Assembly (NCBI RefSeq): GCF_006345805.1 | Contig: NC_043001.1 | Location: 73,842,001 to 73,906,000, forward strand | Length of the DNA stretch: 64,000 bases | Source: Octopus sinensis | Lineage: Eukaryota | Direction of reading: 5' to 3' | Part shown: in pieces, positions 50,735 to 63,609 of the stretch | How the letters are laid out: each line of letters starts with the position of its first letter | Numbering within the stretch: the stretch's first letter is position 1 | Translations under genes and position numbers: made by a program | The notes under the pieces: model-generated | What the model was told of the DNA's origin: nothing | Databases searched by the model: none | The model's input: the letters and a program-made list of their open reading frames with translations, nothing else

Positions 50735-50850
50735 CATATACTTTTATTTGTTTCACTCATTTGACTGCGGCCATGCTGGAGCACAGCCTTTAGTCGAACA
50801 AACCAACACCAGGACTTATCTTTGTAAGCCTAGTACTTATTCTTTTGGTC
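50735..50850 (-). mobile_element. SINE tail B fragment
   Basis: TTTGACTGCGGCCATGCTGGAGCAC...GTAAGCCTAGTACTTATTC. Confidence 0.75.
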
Positions 50851-50885
50851 TCTTTTATATAATATAATATAACATAATATTTTAT

Positions 50886-51250
50886 AAGTGCAGGGTTGGC
50901 TGTGTAATAAGAAGTTTGATTTTCAACCACATGGTTCTGGGTTCAGTCTCACTGTAGCATCTTGGGCAAGTGCCTTCTATTATAGCATGAAGATGATCAA
51001 AGCCTTGTGAGTGGATTTAGTAGATGGAAACTGAGGGTAGGCTATTGTATGTATATATGTATGTCTTTGTGTCTGTTCCCCAACCACCACCATCACCACC
51101 ACCTAGCAACTAGTATTGGTGCGTTTATGCCCACATAACTTAGTGGTTGGGCTAAAGAGACTGATAAAATAAGTATCATCCTTTAAAAAATAAAATAATT
51201 AAAAAAAATTTTTAAGCACAAATCTAATGGCTGAAACAAGTGAAGGATAA
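50886..51250 (+). mobile_element. SINE family A + tail B
   Basis: Full head-to-tail homology with 10447-10827. Confidence 0.75.
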
Positions 51251-51251
51251 G

Positions 51252-51285
<34 letters not shown>

Positions 51286-52490
51286 TATATATCTTTACTC
51301 TTTGATCTTATGTTTTGACTCTTCATAGTTTTATATTATTCAGTTTTTGATGGGTAGTGTCCAGTCTTTTGTAAATATGTGCAGGTGTTTCTCCATGCCA
51401 CTAATGGCTCAGATCTGTTTGACTAATGTGTTCTTCCCTTTTTTCCTTTCAGTCCCTGTCATTCTCAGTTCTTCACTGAGATGTTTTGTACTTTATAGAA
51501 TCATACAATAAGACACTGACTTTTGATAGGTGTCAACTCATCAGCAAAGTTGCTCACAGTGGAAAGGTCAAACTGGAGAGACTGACATGGGTCTCATGAC
51601 TGCTTTAGTGATTTCTCTTTTTTTGTTTTATTTTTATGTTTTAGTAGTTTCAGTCAATGGACTACAAACATCTAAGGTTTTACTTGATTATATCAATGCT
51701 CATACTTTAATTGCTACATGTTGCATCAAGCTCAAAATTAAATCAACTTAGATGTAAAGGGACATAATGTAGACAGAACTAAATATTGGTTTCAAATTTT
51801 AGCACAATGGATGAAAGGCAAAGTTAGTCTTGGCAGAATTTGGGTGTTGAAGTTTAGAGATTGCTTTGATCATGGTTGTTATTTTGCAGGGTATGTATGT
51901 ATGTGTGTATGTAAATGTATTCTCTCTCTCTCTCACACACACACACACCTTTATGTTGTTGAATCCTCTGTCTAAATAGATTCATTAATTGTTGCATTGA
52001 TATGTATTAGAAGGTTGGATAACTGTTAGCAAGAATGAAATTGGACCGAAGAACTTTCTTTTTGTTACGCTGTGAGTTGACATAAAGACAAATAATTCAG
52101 ACTAGTGTCTAGTCACTAGACCCTTCGTTGGAGAAAAAAGAAAACAGTCCAGTCTTAATGGATAGGTTTTATAGGATCTGACATTTTATAATTCTCTCTG
52201 CTCTATGTGTTGTATAACAATTGATTTTGCACAAATAATTGATGAGAATATTTGCGTATTGTCTATCTGTTGACATCTCAGTTACTATTGGGCATATTAT
52301 GTTGTGTGTTTAGTCAGAGTAAGAAAAGTACATGACCTTTCCAATAGAGACTGGTTTGTGAATGGGTTTAGAAGAGAAACCTCAAGTCAGTGATTGCTGT
52401 AGTAAAGATCTGGTTTAAATGCTTGCTCAGAGTGAGCCCTACTAAAGGTTCTCAAGGTGATGTTAAAAAGTTCTATTCTGTAAGAACAAA

Positions 52491-53030
52491 TATCAGGTGA
52501 TCCCATAAGTAATGTTCACATATTAGGTACAAAGATCTCTAAATTTCATATTCTATTAAAATCCATTCATTAACAAAAATACCATTGTTGTCAATGACCA
52601 CCTTCAAAATAATTTATTAACTTGTTAAATATCATTTATGTGCAATTCTTTTGGTTTAGTTGTAAGAATTTGTCATTGAAATAATTCTGTAAAATATAGA
52701 ATAGTTGACATTTAGATAGGGAAAGGTATGGGGGAATAAAGAAGCCATGGAATTTTTCCCTGTTGATGTTTTCAATACTTCCAAACATGATTTTTGTTAT
52801 GTTGTGTCATGCATTATTATCATGATGGAACATCATACCTTTGAGGTTCACTAAAGTAGGACTCTTAATTATGTTGATGTTCTTGGCAGAGATGCTCAAC
52901 AGGAAACTGAAGATCTGCCAAAGCTAATGGATGATAAAGATTCTGGACATAGGGTTATGGAATGCATCTTAAGATGGCAATTGGTGATAATTCCAACTGA
53001 AATTGTATCATGAACCTTTAATTATTTGTG
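52491..53030 (-). mobile_element. Old mariner relic, 3' half with TIR
   Basis: TATCAGGTGATCCCATAAGT TIR at 52491; minus strand RPTLVNLKGMMFHHDN. Confidence 0.65.
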
Positions 53031-54129
53031 GGCTTCTCCTTCAGGGTCTTTAACAATTAGTTATCTATAGGGCTTGCCTTGTATATATTAAAATATCTAT
53101 TACATAAAACAAGAGTAAAATTATAATGAGGGCATCCTGCTGTAGAAAGCATGCTAATGCAGACATTGGAGCTAAATGTAGTCTTTTGACCCATTAGAGC
53201 TTGTCAAACTGCTGCTCATGCTATGATATAAGATAGACATAAAATAATGTTGCTAGTGTTGATGATGATGATGAAAGAGAGAAAGTAATTTAGTTTTTGA
53301 GGAAGATTACAATTCTAGATGAACAAATCATTGACTTGACTCTCTGAATTGACAAGGTTTGAAACTCTGTCGACATTCAAGCTAAAAAAAGTTTATTATG
53401 TATCTGCAGTTTGGCTTCATGCTAATTCATAGATACAGTAGAAACAGTCTTACATAGGAATTTATGCAAATCTATTATTGCTTGTAATAAATACGAGGAT
53501 GTTGTTGTTGTTGGCTGTGAAAGTATGATTCACTTAGGGCTGCTGGCTGCTGTCAACTTGGTTGTGAAGTAGAGAGAGAGAGGGTAGGTGATGGATACCA
53601 TCTCTTTTAACAGTCAAATTTTCTTGTTAAAGTTATATTTATTGTTATCATTATTACTTTTAGTTTCTGTGCAAGCTACATATATTTTCTCAGCATGTTT
53701 TCTTGTCCTTAAAAAAGCATTTTTTTTTTTACTTAATTAACTGTTTATTGAAAAAAAAAAGAAACTATAAAAACTTACAATTTAATTAGCTGTGTGTATT
53801 TTCAGTTAAGCCTTACAGGTGAGACTTGACTATAAAATTACTCAAAGATATATTGCATTGTAATACGAGAAGTAGTGTTTGTACATGCTTTTTTAAGACT
53901 GCCATATGAGCAAAAGCATTTCTGGATCTTGGGATGGGCAAATATTTCTCTAAAGTATTGCAGTTGAAATTTTGATATCACTCCTCATTTATTGGTGAAA
54001 AAAACAAAAACAAATAAAAGAAACAAAGATTCTCTATGGAGAGACCACTAATAAATAAGTTGTTGCTCGTGTTTTAACAGTATAAATCATTGGCCAATTA
54101 TCATTAATAATAACAATGATAATAATAAT

Positions 54130-54612
54130 GATGATGATGATCATTATCATCATCATTTAATGCTTGTTTTCCATGCTGACATGGGTAGGACTGTTTAATA
54201 GGAGCTGGCAAACCAGAGGGCTGCACCAGGTTCCAGTCTGCTTTGATTTAGTTTCTATGACTGGATGCCCTTCCTAATGTAAACCACTTTAATTTTTATG
54301 TAACAACACATGTGCCTTCTGTGTGGTACCAGCATGGATGCTTTGTACATAGCACTGGCATGGTGCTTTTTACTTGGTGCTAGCACAAGTACTTTTCACA
54401 TGGCACCAGCATGGGTGCTTTCACAAGGCCTGAAATTTTGGGAGAGAGGGGTCATCAATTATATCAACCCTAGTGCATGCCTGGTACTTATTTAATCAAT
54501 TCCTGAAAGGATGAAAGGCAAAGTCAACTTTGGGAGAATTTGAACTCAAAATGTAAGGACAGATGAAATGCTGCTAAAGATTTTGTCCAGCATGTTAATG
54601 GTTCTACCAGCA
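54130..54612 (-). mobile_element. Adjacent family R module (54130-54420) and SINE family M (54420-54612)
   Basis: CTGGATGCCCTTCCTAA; CTGGTACTTATTTAATCAA...GGATGAAAGGCAAAGTCAAC. Confidence 0.7.
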
Positions 54613-54634
54613 ATTTTCAGAAGTGGGAGGAGGG

Positions 54635-55726
54635 ACTGGTTTCAAAGCAAAGAACTCTGAAAAGTCAGTTTCGACCTCCTCCTGGCTTACGAAAGCTATG
54701 TTCCCCAAATGATTCTGTAAACTACGAAACAAATGGTAGTCTGAAGGATCAAGGTCAGGAGAATGAGGTGGATGAGGAATTTTTTCCCAACCAAGCTCTT
54801 TGATCTTCTGTTATGTGATCTTTGCAATGTGGGGTTGCACATTGTCCTGATGAAACATCACTCCTTTTTGATTCACTAAAGCAGGTCTTTTTTTCTTCAA
54901 AGCTTGGTTCAAACGCTCTAATTGCTGACAGTAGACTTGAGCATTGATTGTTGCATTAGGTTGTAATGATTCAAAGTGAATTACTTCTTTGCAATCCCAC
55001 CAGATAGAGAGAAGAAGCTTTTTTCCCTGAAGTTCCCTTCTCAGTTGTGGTTGAGCTTTTTCCCCTTTACCAAGCCACTGTTTACAACGTTTAACAGTTC
55101 GATAAAAGATCCATATTTCGTCAGCAGTCACAAGGGTAAAATGAGTCCGCGAGAATGGAGAGAAGAGCAGATGTCAACTCAGGATTTGCGGTTGCTTTCA
55201 GACAATTCATGAGGCAGCCATTTCCAAGTTGTTGAAGATGATGATGAACAGTTGTGTGGTTTGAACTAAGCTTTATTGCCAATTCTTCAACATGCAGGAT
55301 TTTCTTCAAGTAATGCCTCAAGGAGCTTATCATCAAACTCAACTGGATGTCCTGTTTGATCTTCATCTTCAAGGCTAAAATTTCCACTTCTGAATTTTGT
55401 AAACCATCTTCTGCATGTTACTTCATTCAAGCATTCTTTCCCATAAACTGAGTGTATGTTTTGAGTTGCTTTGGCTGCAGAGTTTCCTTTTTTGTACTCA
55501 TAAAGCATTGTGCCTTAAATGCTCTTTGGATACTTCCATGTTAGAAAGGGTTTTAATCAAAGAGATTTTAATTCTATTATTCTGTAAAATAATATTTAAT
55601 TAGTTTGAATGTACTCAAATGCATAAAAATAATTTTTAATTCCATTAGACATTCTAAAATACTATTAAATTTCATTCAATTTTAAAAAAGGTAAAATCAG
55701 ACAGAACTTATAGGCTGACCTGATAT
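54635..55726 (-). mobile_element. Mariner (DD34D) transposon, near complete but inactivated
   Basis: TIR TATCAGGTCAGCCTATAAGT ending ~55726; ATG at 55539 (MEVSKEHLR); HTH, WLPHEL, TADE, MFHQDN and HPPHSPDLDPSDYHLF motifs; 34 residues between the 2nd and 3rd Asp; frameshifts and one stop; 3' end truncated. Confidence 0.9.
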
Positions 55727-56139
55727 ATTACATTTTCCTTTGTTAATTGACAGCAGTATTTAACTGTAATTTACATTAAGAGTAAAAGATAAAGCTAATT
55801 GTTTAATTAATCTCTCTGTCTATGTCTTTGTATATCCCTTTCTCTCTTTACACATGCTCCATTTCCCTCCCTCTCTCCTTGTCTGTGTAATTTACTGAAT
55901 TCTCTTTTTTTGTTTGTTTGTCAAACTAAACTTTATATTTCTATCTATCCATACATACATACATATATATATATCATATATCTATCCTAGATACACACAC
56001 ACACATACATACAGTTACTGAGATGCCTGACAGTAGACACAAGCTCTAGGTAACTGAATAAGCAATTGAACCTCCCCATACAGCTAAATCAAAGGGCAAG
56101 ACCTATCGTACACACTCACTGTAGCTATATCTATCTGTC

Positions 56140-56345
56140 TTGCAGTGGAACACAGGAATTAAATGCAAAGGATGTGCAAAAACTGGAAATAGATGGAGAA
56201 AGCATGCTCTGTTGAATGTATAATGTTAGCATGTATAGATGACTGGGCTCAATTGAGCTGAGAGAAAAACTGGGTATGAGAAGAGTCAGCTGTAGGGACC
56301 GTGCTGATCTGGACATGTGATGAATATAAGGATGGCTATTGAGTA
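56140..56345 (+). mobile_element. RTE LINE thumb-region relic
   Basis: Broken frames ..ESML.*MYNVS..SIELREKLG..WSGHVM. Confidence 0.55.
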
Positions 56346-56504
56346 AAGGAGTGTTATGCAACTAAGTGGAAGGAACCTGCAGGAGAGAGAGAGAGAGAGA
56401 GAGGGAAACAGACACAGGCAGTAGTAGTGAAGGTTTATTTAAGGAGCTGACAAGGGTCTGCAACATGTGCCAAGACACTGCTGGAAATGACTCTTCTAAC
56501 CCAT

Positions 56505-56800
56505 CCTTTTTATTCTTTCACTTGTTACAGTCATTAGACTGCAGCCATGCTGGGGCACCATCTTGAAGAATTTTTAGGCAAAATAAATGAACCCCAGTAC
56601 TTTTTTTAAGGCCTGGTACTTATTTTAGCGATCTCTTTTGCCAAAACACTAAGTTACAGGTAGGTAAACATACACATGCATATGGTGGGCTTCTTTCAGT
56701 TTCCTGTTACCAAATCCACTCACAAGACTTTAGTTGGCCTGATATAGTAGAAGACACTAAACCTGGAACTATGTGGTTGGGAAGCAAACTTCTTTTTAAT
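56505..56800 (-). mobile_element. SINE tail B plus family A head, deleted
   Basis: GACTGCAGCCATGCTGGGGCAC; GCTTCTTTCAGTTTCC...AAATCCACTCACAAG. Confidence 0.65.
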
Positions 56801-56889
56801 TTATTGTCTATTATTCATATTTGATTAGCACTAATATTCCTACAGGTTTTACTCAACATAAAAAAAAAGAAATTTTCTTCCAGTTTCTA

Positions 56890-57052
56890 TGGTTGTGTGG
56901 TAAGAAGCTTGCTTCCCAACCACATGGTTCCGAGTTCAGTCCCACTGTGTGGCACCTTGGGCAAGAGTGTCTTCTAAGTATAACCTCTGGTTGACCAAAG
57001 CCTTGCAAGTGGATTTGTCAGACAGAAACAGAAGGAAGCCCAGACACACACA

Positions 57053-57091
<39 letters not shown>

Positions 57092-57117
57092 AGAGAGAGA
57101 CGAACACACACATGTAC

Positions 57118-57149
<32 letters not shown>

Positions 57150-57360
57150 ATCTGTGTTTGCCCCTCACCACTGCTTGACAACCAGTATTTGTGTGTCTAC
57201 ATTCTCATAGCTTAGTGGTTTGCCAAATGGATACTGATAGAATAATTACCAGGCTTAACAAAAAGAAAAAAATAAGTATTGGGATTGATTCATTCGACTG
57301 AAAATTCTTCAAGCTGGTGCTCCAGCATGGTCACAGTCAAATGACTGAAACAAGTACAAG
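56890..57360 (+). mobile_element. SINE family A + tail B
   Basis: GTGTGGTAAGAAGCTTGCTTCCCAACCACATGGTTCCGAGTTCAGTCCC...GACTGAAACAAGTAC. Confidence 0.8.
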
Positions 57361-60300
57361 ATAATTGTGACATGTAAATATTGAGACAATCTAGCTTGTA
57401 ACTGAGTCTTGATAGATAGAACTGAAATTGAATACATAGAAAGTCACTTCACCTTATCTAACTAAGATCTCCATGTATTATTCCTGCTTTATTTTTATGA
57501 TGCTCTACCTGTTTGTAGTTAAATGACTGCTAGTATAAACCACAACAATGGAATCAGCAACATTTGTTGCTGTGTTTCTATGGGATATCCCTCCTACCAT
57601 TTTTATATCTAAGGAATTCCCTACTTACTCATTCATTATTTGGGTGTGTGTGTGGTGGGGTGGAATTTACCCCTTCTCTATTGCTCTTTTTTTCTTCTTC
57701 TTACTCTCCAGCACTTTTTTTCTCCTTTTTCCTGTTACTTTCTAGCTATTTTTTTCCCCTATTATTTTGCAGTAGGATGAATTCCTTTTTTTCCCCTGTT
57801 TTTTTTCTTGTCTTACTCATTTGATTCTCTTCAATATTTCTTAATATCTCCATTTATCTATCCTCTGTATTCTGTACCTTGCCTTTCATTCATTCTAAAC
57901 AGAACATAATTCCCTTCTTGTACTTCCACATCTCTCCACCACCTGCTATAATGATCCTTCATTCTTCTTTAAATCACCACCACCACGTCTTGGGTTGATA
58001 TATTCCCACATATTTCCTTTCTAATTTCAGTTTATCTCCGTTATCGTTGCACAATATCTCTCCAATGTCTCACCCAACATTCTGCCCAGTTACGTTTCTT
58101 ACATGTCCACCGCCCCCCCCCTCCATTTTTTTCCTGTTTTTCGGTGCATCTCTCCTTCATTCCATATTGATTTGTGTTTTCTACGCTGGGGAATTCACTT
58201 GGCTATAGGCATCAGTCTGTCTGTCTGTACGTTTCCACCTCTTCCTTCTTGCAATCCAGCTTTCTATTCCCTCCCTGTGCTAGCTGACTGATGCCCCTTC
58301 CTTTTCTGTCTGCTACATGAATTCAACTACTGTCTCACAGACTTTCTTCAGATTTGATTCAACTACAATACCTTCCTTAACTCTTCTCCTTACTACATAG
58401 AATTTTCACTTGAAAGACTCAAACCCACTTGAAGCATCTTCACTCATCCTTTCTTTCCCTCTCTCGTTCCTTCAGAATATAAAGCAACGAAGGAACTAAA
58501 GGTCAAATTCATTGCTAACTCCAAAATTATTTCATTAAGGATAATTCTTATTACAACAATAGTATTAACGTGACCTTAAAAAAAGTAAATCGTCGTTGTC
58601 ATCATTGCAGTAGTAGTAGTAATGGATATAATATTTTTCTTTGAAGTAAGACGGTAAAAGATTGAGTAATGAACACGTTATTAACACCTAGTTTGGTTCC
58701 AGTTATGTTATGCTTGTTTGAGCTGCAATAGCGGCAGAGCAGTTTTCCCCAATGAGAACATCTGGACATCTCAACTACTATAGTAATAATGATCGTATAT
58801 GTATATATTAGTAGTGCTTGCTTTAATTTGCTCAGTTTTTTTAAACATGTCCTTGTCATTGTTGGTGTTATTGTTGTAGTCGTCGTCTCGTTGTTCATCG
58901 TGTTATGGTTGGCAACACTTATTTCAAAAAAGTTGGTGGATTGTTTCATTTATAGGTCAGATACCTACATCGTCACCGACACCTCTTTTCCTCCTCCATA
59001 TATTCCTCTTCCTCATCCCCCTCCTCCTGTTGCTGTTACTACTATTACTCCTCCTACTACTACCGTACTATAGATATACCCAGAACTACTTGTAACTCTG
59101 CTGTAAAAAGCTTCTTCTGCTCTGGAGTACTTTAAACATTCGGATATTTAAACAGCCCCATGCCACAGGTATTTTCATCATTTCAACAATGGTGTTCTCT
59201 CCTAAATTCTAGTTTTCTTTTTTCCTGTTATTGCATTGCTTTAAGTCGCTCAGTTATGATACTCTTAGTTATACATACCGTATTGATTGTGTGTGTGTGG
59301 GGGGCATGCACGCACGTATGTGCATATGTACGTATGTGCACACATGCACATAGTCACAATCTTGTTTGTGCAAAATCATGCTCTAAAGCAGTCTTACATT
59401 GGATTCCCATGTATTTCTATCCATTCTACATAATATTTATCCGAAATTGGATTTTACTATCTACCAAACCTTAGTATTTACTTATCTGTTGAGAGCTAAA
59501 CGGTGCTAAAACGAAACTGAAATTTGCCGTGTGTAATATATACATTACATTTACAAAACAAATAAATATTTTTACTATTTAATCCTTATTTATAATTTTC
59601 TACCTGAATTTTTCCAGATATCTATATTATCATTTATTTATTTATCGTAATTACATATTTTAATACTACATGGTAAGCACGATGCTGGTGCAGTGTAGTG
59701 AGCCCCCTCGAAATTATAATTTATTAAAATCAAATTAATTAAAATTTCGTGGCTCATTACAGTATGTATATTAGCACAGACCTTATATGGTTTTATTTTC
59801 TGCAAAGTGTTGTTCCCTAGTTATTCCTCCCATCACTCTTCCTGATCCTTATATCTTTCTAATATTACATCAGTTGGTAGTTTGTTTATTTTTTTTTTCT
59901 CGTGTTGAGTTCGATTTTGTAAAAATTAATAAAAATAAAACACTGATTATATTCTAATTGTCCCCTTCTCCGGTTCAACTCGGACAATTATTCTTTAGTA
60001 ATTATAAAGTGAAAAAAAAAACTATATATATATAACTAAAATCCTCCTTTTCCTTGTTACTTTGTAATTATCAAACCTGTCTTCCTGATTCATTTTCCGT
60101 CACCAAATATACACACACGCACCCAGATATCACACGTTCACTATGGTTTTCTCCTCACCTTCATATAAATGAAAAGAAAGTAAGTTGCTTCCAGTTAGCT
60201 TTTTTTTCTTCTTTCTTTCCTTCTCTCCTTTACTACACCGTATATAAACCCATTCTGTTGTGGATTTAAATGACCACTGCTGTCTCATTTCTCATCGAAG

Positions 60301-60517
60301 CAGTCAGCCACTCATATAATACCGATAGTGTCACAACGGCGATAACAACGGAAACTGCAAATTGTTGATTCACAAAACTATATTCAATACACAACAGATT
60401 TGTGCTGATGTGGTTCTGCACAAATGTTGTACTAACTACTTTTTTGTTTCTATATTTGTACTCATTTATGATTATCTTCCAAACTAACGGCAAATATCTA
60501 TTTAACATACCCTTAAT

Positions 60518-61328
60518 AAACAGCTATGTGCCAAACCCTTAACAGTAAACGGCTATGTCCCAAACCTTTAATAGTAAACAGCTGTGTACCAAACCCTTTG
60601 CTGTGAACAGCTATGTACCAAACCCTTTGCTGTAAACAGCTATGTACCAAACCCTTTGCTGTGAACAGCTATGTACCAAACCCTTTGCTGTAAACAGCTA
60701 TGTACCAAACCCTTTGCTGTAAACAGCTATGTACCAAACCCTTTGCTGTGAACAGCTAGCTATGTACCAAACCCTTTGCTGTGAACAGCTATGTACCAAA
60801 CCCTTTGCTGTGAACAGCTATGTACCAAACCCTTTGCTGTGAACAGCAATGTACCAAACCCTTTGCTGTGAACAGCTATGTACCAAACCCTTTGCTGTAA
60901 ACAGCTATGTACCAAACCCTTTGCTGTGAACAGCTAGCTATGTACCAAACCCTTTGCTGTAAACAGCTATGTACCAAACCCTTTGCTGTGAACAGCTATG
61001 TACCAAACCCTTTGCTGTGAACAGCAATGTACCAAACCCTTTGCTGTGAACAGCTATGTACCAAACCCTTTGCTGTGAACAGCTAAGTACCAAACCCTTT
61101 GCTGTAAACAGCTATGTACCAACCCTTATCCGTAAACAACTATGTATAAAACCCTTCGCTTTAAATAGCTACGTACCAAACCCTTCACAGTAAACAGTTA
61201 TATCCCAAACCCTACCTTTCACTCTGAACATCAATGTATCAAACCCTTCACAATAAACAACCATGTACCAAAACCTTAGTAAACAGTTATGTACCAAACC
61301 CTCAGTAAACAGCTAATATACAAAACCC
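60518..61328. repeat. 29-bp minisatellite, about 28 units, homogeneous core with degenerate flanks
   Basis: Unit (A/G)AACAGCTATGTACCAAACCCTTTGCTGT; 33-bp variants at 60750 and 60928. Confidence 0.95.
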
Positions 61329-61533
61329 AACGAAACACTGTGAACATTGACAAGGTTGCTTATTCTCACACACCAACACAGGTTTCAGTGAGGTAATCTT
61401 CTTTGTAGGCTGATTACAATTACTACTGCTTTGACATTTTTTTTAAAATATAATTTTCTATATTTTCATTTCTTTAAATATATATATATATATCTATTTC
61501 TTCCTCATTTAGATAAACCAAAATCTTTTCCCT

Positions 61534-61536
<3 letters not shown>

Positions 61537-61608
<72 letters not shown>
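61537..61608. repeat. (CT)n(CA)n microsatellite
   Basis: Direct inspection. Confidence 0.95.
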
Positions 61609-61609
<1 letters not shown>

Positions 61610-62030
61610 ATTTCTTGAGTGTTTTTCTTCATGATGTAGCATTTAAAGATATTTTCCCACCCAACATTGGTAACAGATTTAGTTGCATCTCTGAGTAATA
61701 ATTGTGTCTTTAGTTAAAAAAAATAAATACACTACCGTCACTGATAGAAGACCAGAGTGATCTTTGTGTAATACTCTCTCTTGTGGCTGTTACTTAAATA
61801 TCAGAATTCCTCGACATTCTTCTTGCATAAGAAGGTACTTCTTTTCTGTCACAGCAGGATGGTGGTGTTTTTGTTTTTTAACTAACATATGGCTAATTAA
61901 TGATCGTATTTTATCCATAATATTTACAATTGTTACGCATTTTCATGCAAGGTACATGGTCGATGAATTTATGTCCAGTGTCAATAAGAGATCTTATAAA
62001 ATGATAAAAATATTTATTCGATTGTATGTT

Positions 62031-62084
62031 TACACATACATACATACATACATACATACATACATACATACATACATACATACA
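62031..62084. repeat. (TACA)n microsatellite
   Basis: Direct inspection. Confidence 0.95.
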
Positions 62085-62405
62085 TGAGAGCACATAATTA
62101 TACCCCGTTTTGTGTTTAAGTATTTAAATTTCCATTTTAATTTAGTGTATATAACATAGTGGAAAATGCATATATATATATAATATATATATATATATAA
62201 AACCATTAATCCCGATGCATTTTTGTTCTCTTTCCGTTTCTCTCTCCCTTTTTCCCCCCACCTCCATTTTTTCCTCATCCCTTTCTGTCAGCGTAGGCTC
62301 AAAACGTCAAAGACTTTTCCATTTTGCTCTGCTTGTCGATCCCTCACCTGTGTCTGCCTTTTGGTTTTTGTGCATTTAAACTGTGTATACATATATACAC
62401 ACCCA

Positions 62406-62462
<57 letters not shown>

Positions 62463-63169
62463 GTATACATGCATACACACGCACACACTTCATAGTATAT
62501 CTCTTTTTAAAAAATCAAAAATTCATGTTGATTTTCTACAATCTTAACAACTAGCCTCTCACTTTCTCCTTTTTGTGCTTCTCCCTCACTCCTTCCATCT
62601 TTATATGCTTCAACTGTTGACTCTATGATATATATGAGGACTACTAAATATCACTATATATTGTGTTTCCTATGCTGTAAATTTGTTTCATGTCCTTAAG
62701 TGAATGAAATTTAAAAGAATATTATAGAATTTACATTTACCCTATTGTAAAGGAGAGATAGAGGGTAGATTAGTTTAGTTAGTATCTGAGTACTGTATGT
62801 ACTTGAGTGTTGTTTACATAAACAGATTGCGGTAGAGATATCTGAGTACCTAATTACATGTTTTATTATCTTTGAGTCTGGGTAGGTCACATTTATTCAG
62901 GGCTACTTTCATTAAAGCCAACCCTTGGAAACTTGTGTAAGAAAACATTGCAGCTTTTCTACTTGAAAAAAAAAAAAAAATCTTGCTGCAACATTGTGTT
63001 TGTATGTATATGTGTGTATTGGAGTGGGGGGTGGGTGTTACCTAGCTAAAAAAAGGATTTCTGTGGCCAGCTTTGTGAGAGTTGAGTTGACCACAAGGAA
63101 GTGAGTGCATCTTCTAAAAACTGCACTCCACCAAATCATGCCAGCCCAAATAAATGTGTTTAAAATACA

Positions 63170-63480
63170 CACACTGGTTTTGAGTTCAGTCCCCGCTGCA
63201 CGGCATCTTGGACAAGTGTTTTCTGCTATAGCCCTGTGCCTTGCGGGTGAACTTGGTAGGGTGGATACAGTGTGGAAGCCCATCATGTGTGTGTGCCTGT
63301 CCTCTTCCTACCAAATGACAACCAGTGTTGGTTTGTTCATGTCCATGTACCTTAGCAGTTCAGCAAAAATAGATTGTTACAATAAGTACAGGGGTCAATT
63401 TGTTCAACTAAACTCTTCAAGGTGGTACTCAAGTACAGCTGTAGTTCAATGACTGAAAGAAGTAAAAAAAAAAAAAAAAT
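63170..63480 (+). mobile_element. SINE family A + tail B
   Basis: GAGTTCAGTCCCCGCTGC...GAAGCCC...GACAACCAGTG...GACTGAAAGAAGTAAA. Confidence 0.7.
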
Positions 63481-63609
63481 GAAAAGAAAAAAAAGAGAAA
63501 AATTTATCATTTTATTGCTTCTTAGTGATTTAGAGAATGGTCATTCATTTGTAGACTCCTTCACATTTTCCTTGTGTCAAAAGATGTGGTGGAAAGTGCA
63601 AATAGCCAG

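Noticed and set aside
54635-55726. Active or domesticated (SETMAR-like) transposase
   Set aside because: Multiple frameshifts, an in-frame stop, truncated 3' end and no SET exon.
58476-58501. Exon candidate after a strong pyrimidine tract
   Set aside because: Splicing from 18383 creates an immediate TAA, and the donor GTCAAA is poor.
60518-61133. Vector contamination (AAACAGCTATG matches part of the M13 reverse primer)
   Set aside because: Only an 11-nt match inside a naturally decaying tandem unit; no other vector or lacZ sequence.
60576-61133. Repeat-protein coding exon
   Set aside because: The 29-nt unit shifts frame and contains TGA/TAA on plus and TAG on minus, so every frame closes within about three units.
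60518-61328. CRISPR array
   Set aside because: Units are contiguous with no unique spacers, the context is eukaryotic and there are no cas genes.
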